Shown here one piece after another: positions 63,464 to 64,000 of a DNA stretch of 64,000 nucleotides (the stretch's first letter is position 1; every line of letters begins with the position of its first letter). Both the position numbers and the translations under genes were made by a program. The stretch is from the NCBI GenBank assembly GCA_030390025.1, contig CM059432.1:49168001-49232000 (forward strand), in the 5' to 3' direction. The notes under the pieces are model-generated. The model did no database searches. It was not told the origin of the DNA and was given only the letters and a program-made list of their open reading frames with translations. This DNA is from Squalus acanthias (lineage: Eukaryota).

Positions 63464-64000
63464 GGGGGCGATTTTCCCCGGATACTTTAGGCAGTATAGA
63501 GCCTCCGAGGTGACCAAGGTGGGGGTCTTGAGCTGCAACGCAAGTTTAGCCCGCCTTTAGCGCAAGACGCCATCTTTGTAAGGAAGTTGAAGCGCGCGCG
63601 AGGAACGGCCGCCCCGAGGATTATTAAGACTCTGATTGACAATTAAATTGCCTGCTAGCACTCAGTAAAGAGGCTGCATTCCATTTTGCTGGCTAGCGCT
63701 TCAATTAACGACCTTTCCTAACTGCAACCAGCTGAACAGGAGTAAAGAAGTTGTTGCCGAGGATTTCGAGCACTACTTAAAGGCACGCTCAGCTTTCACT
63801 GATCACTTTCCGCTGGAGGTTAAAAGAGGACTTTTGAGACACATCGGGAGACTTTCTGGGACACTTTGTCAAGACGTCACCAAAACTCTATCAACATTTT
63901 CCCGGAAATTCTCTGAGGACTTCACCTAAAGAGAGTGAGTGCTGAGCTACTCTACCTTATTGGAGACCTAATCGGAGTCACCAGGAGAACGGGAGTGCTT
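63464..64000. mobile_element. Left end of a probable Harbinger-type DNA element running off the window
   Basis: TIR-like gggggcgattttcc and CpG-rich subterminal motifs. Confidence 0.45.

Overview
Repeat-dense vertebrate DNA, almost certainly a cartilaginous fish (shark), judged from HE1-type V-SINEs and SacSINE1-type DeuSINEs. No intact, recognisable host protein gene is present. Most of the window is nested mobile elements: CR1, L2 and RTE LINEs, a fourth CR1/L2-group LINE family, and tRNA-derived SINEs. There are also five decayed two-gene PIF/Harbinger transposons (spliced Myb/SANT gene facing a DDE transposase), GC-rich MITEs sharing their ends, two small hAT-like MITEs, and Penelope-like (GIY-YIG) retroelement pieces. 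The most interesting signal is six minimal hammerhead-ribozyme-like motifs from two Penelope-associated families. They lie on short insertions, several with target-site duplications, including a ~215-bp palindrome with a hammerhead on each strand (62804-63050). Weaker signals are a chain of candidate minus-strand exons (one duplicated) and a CpG-rich promoter-like patch with an RFX X-box at ~51.7 kb. Family names come from recalled motifs, not database searches, and some element boundaries are approximate.
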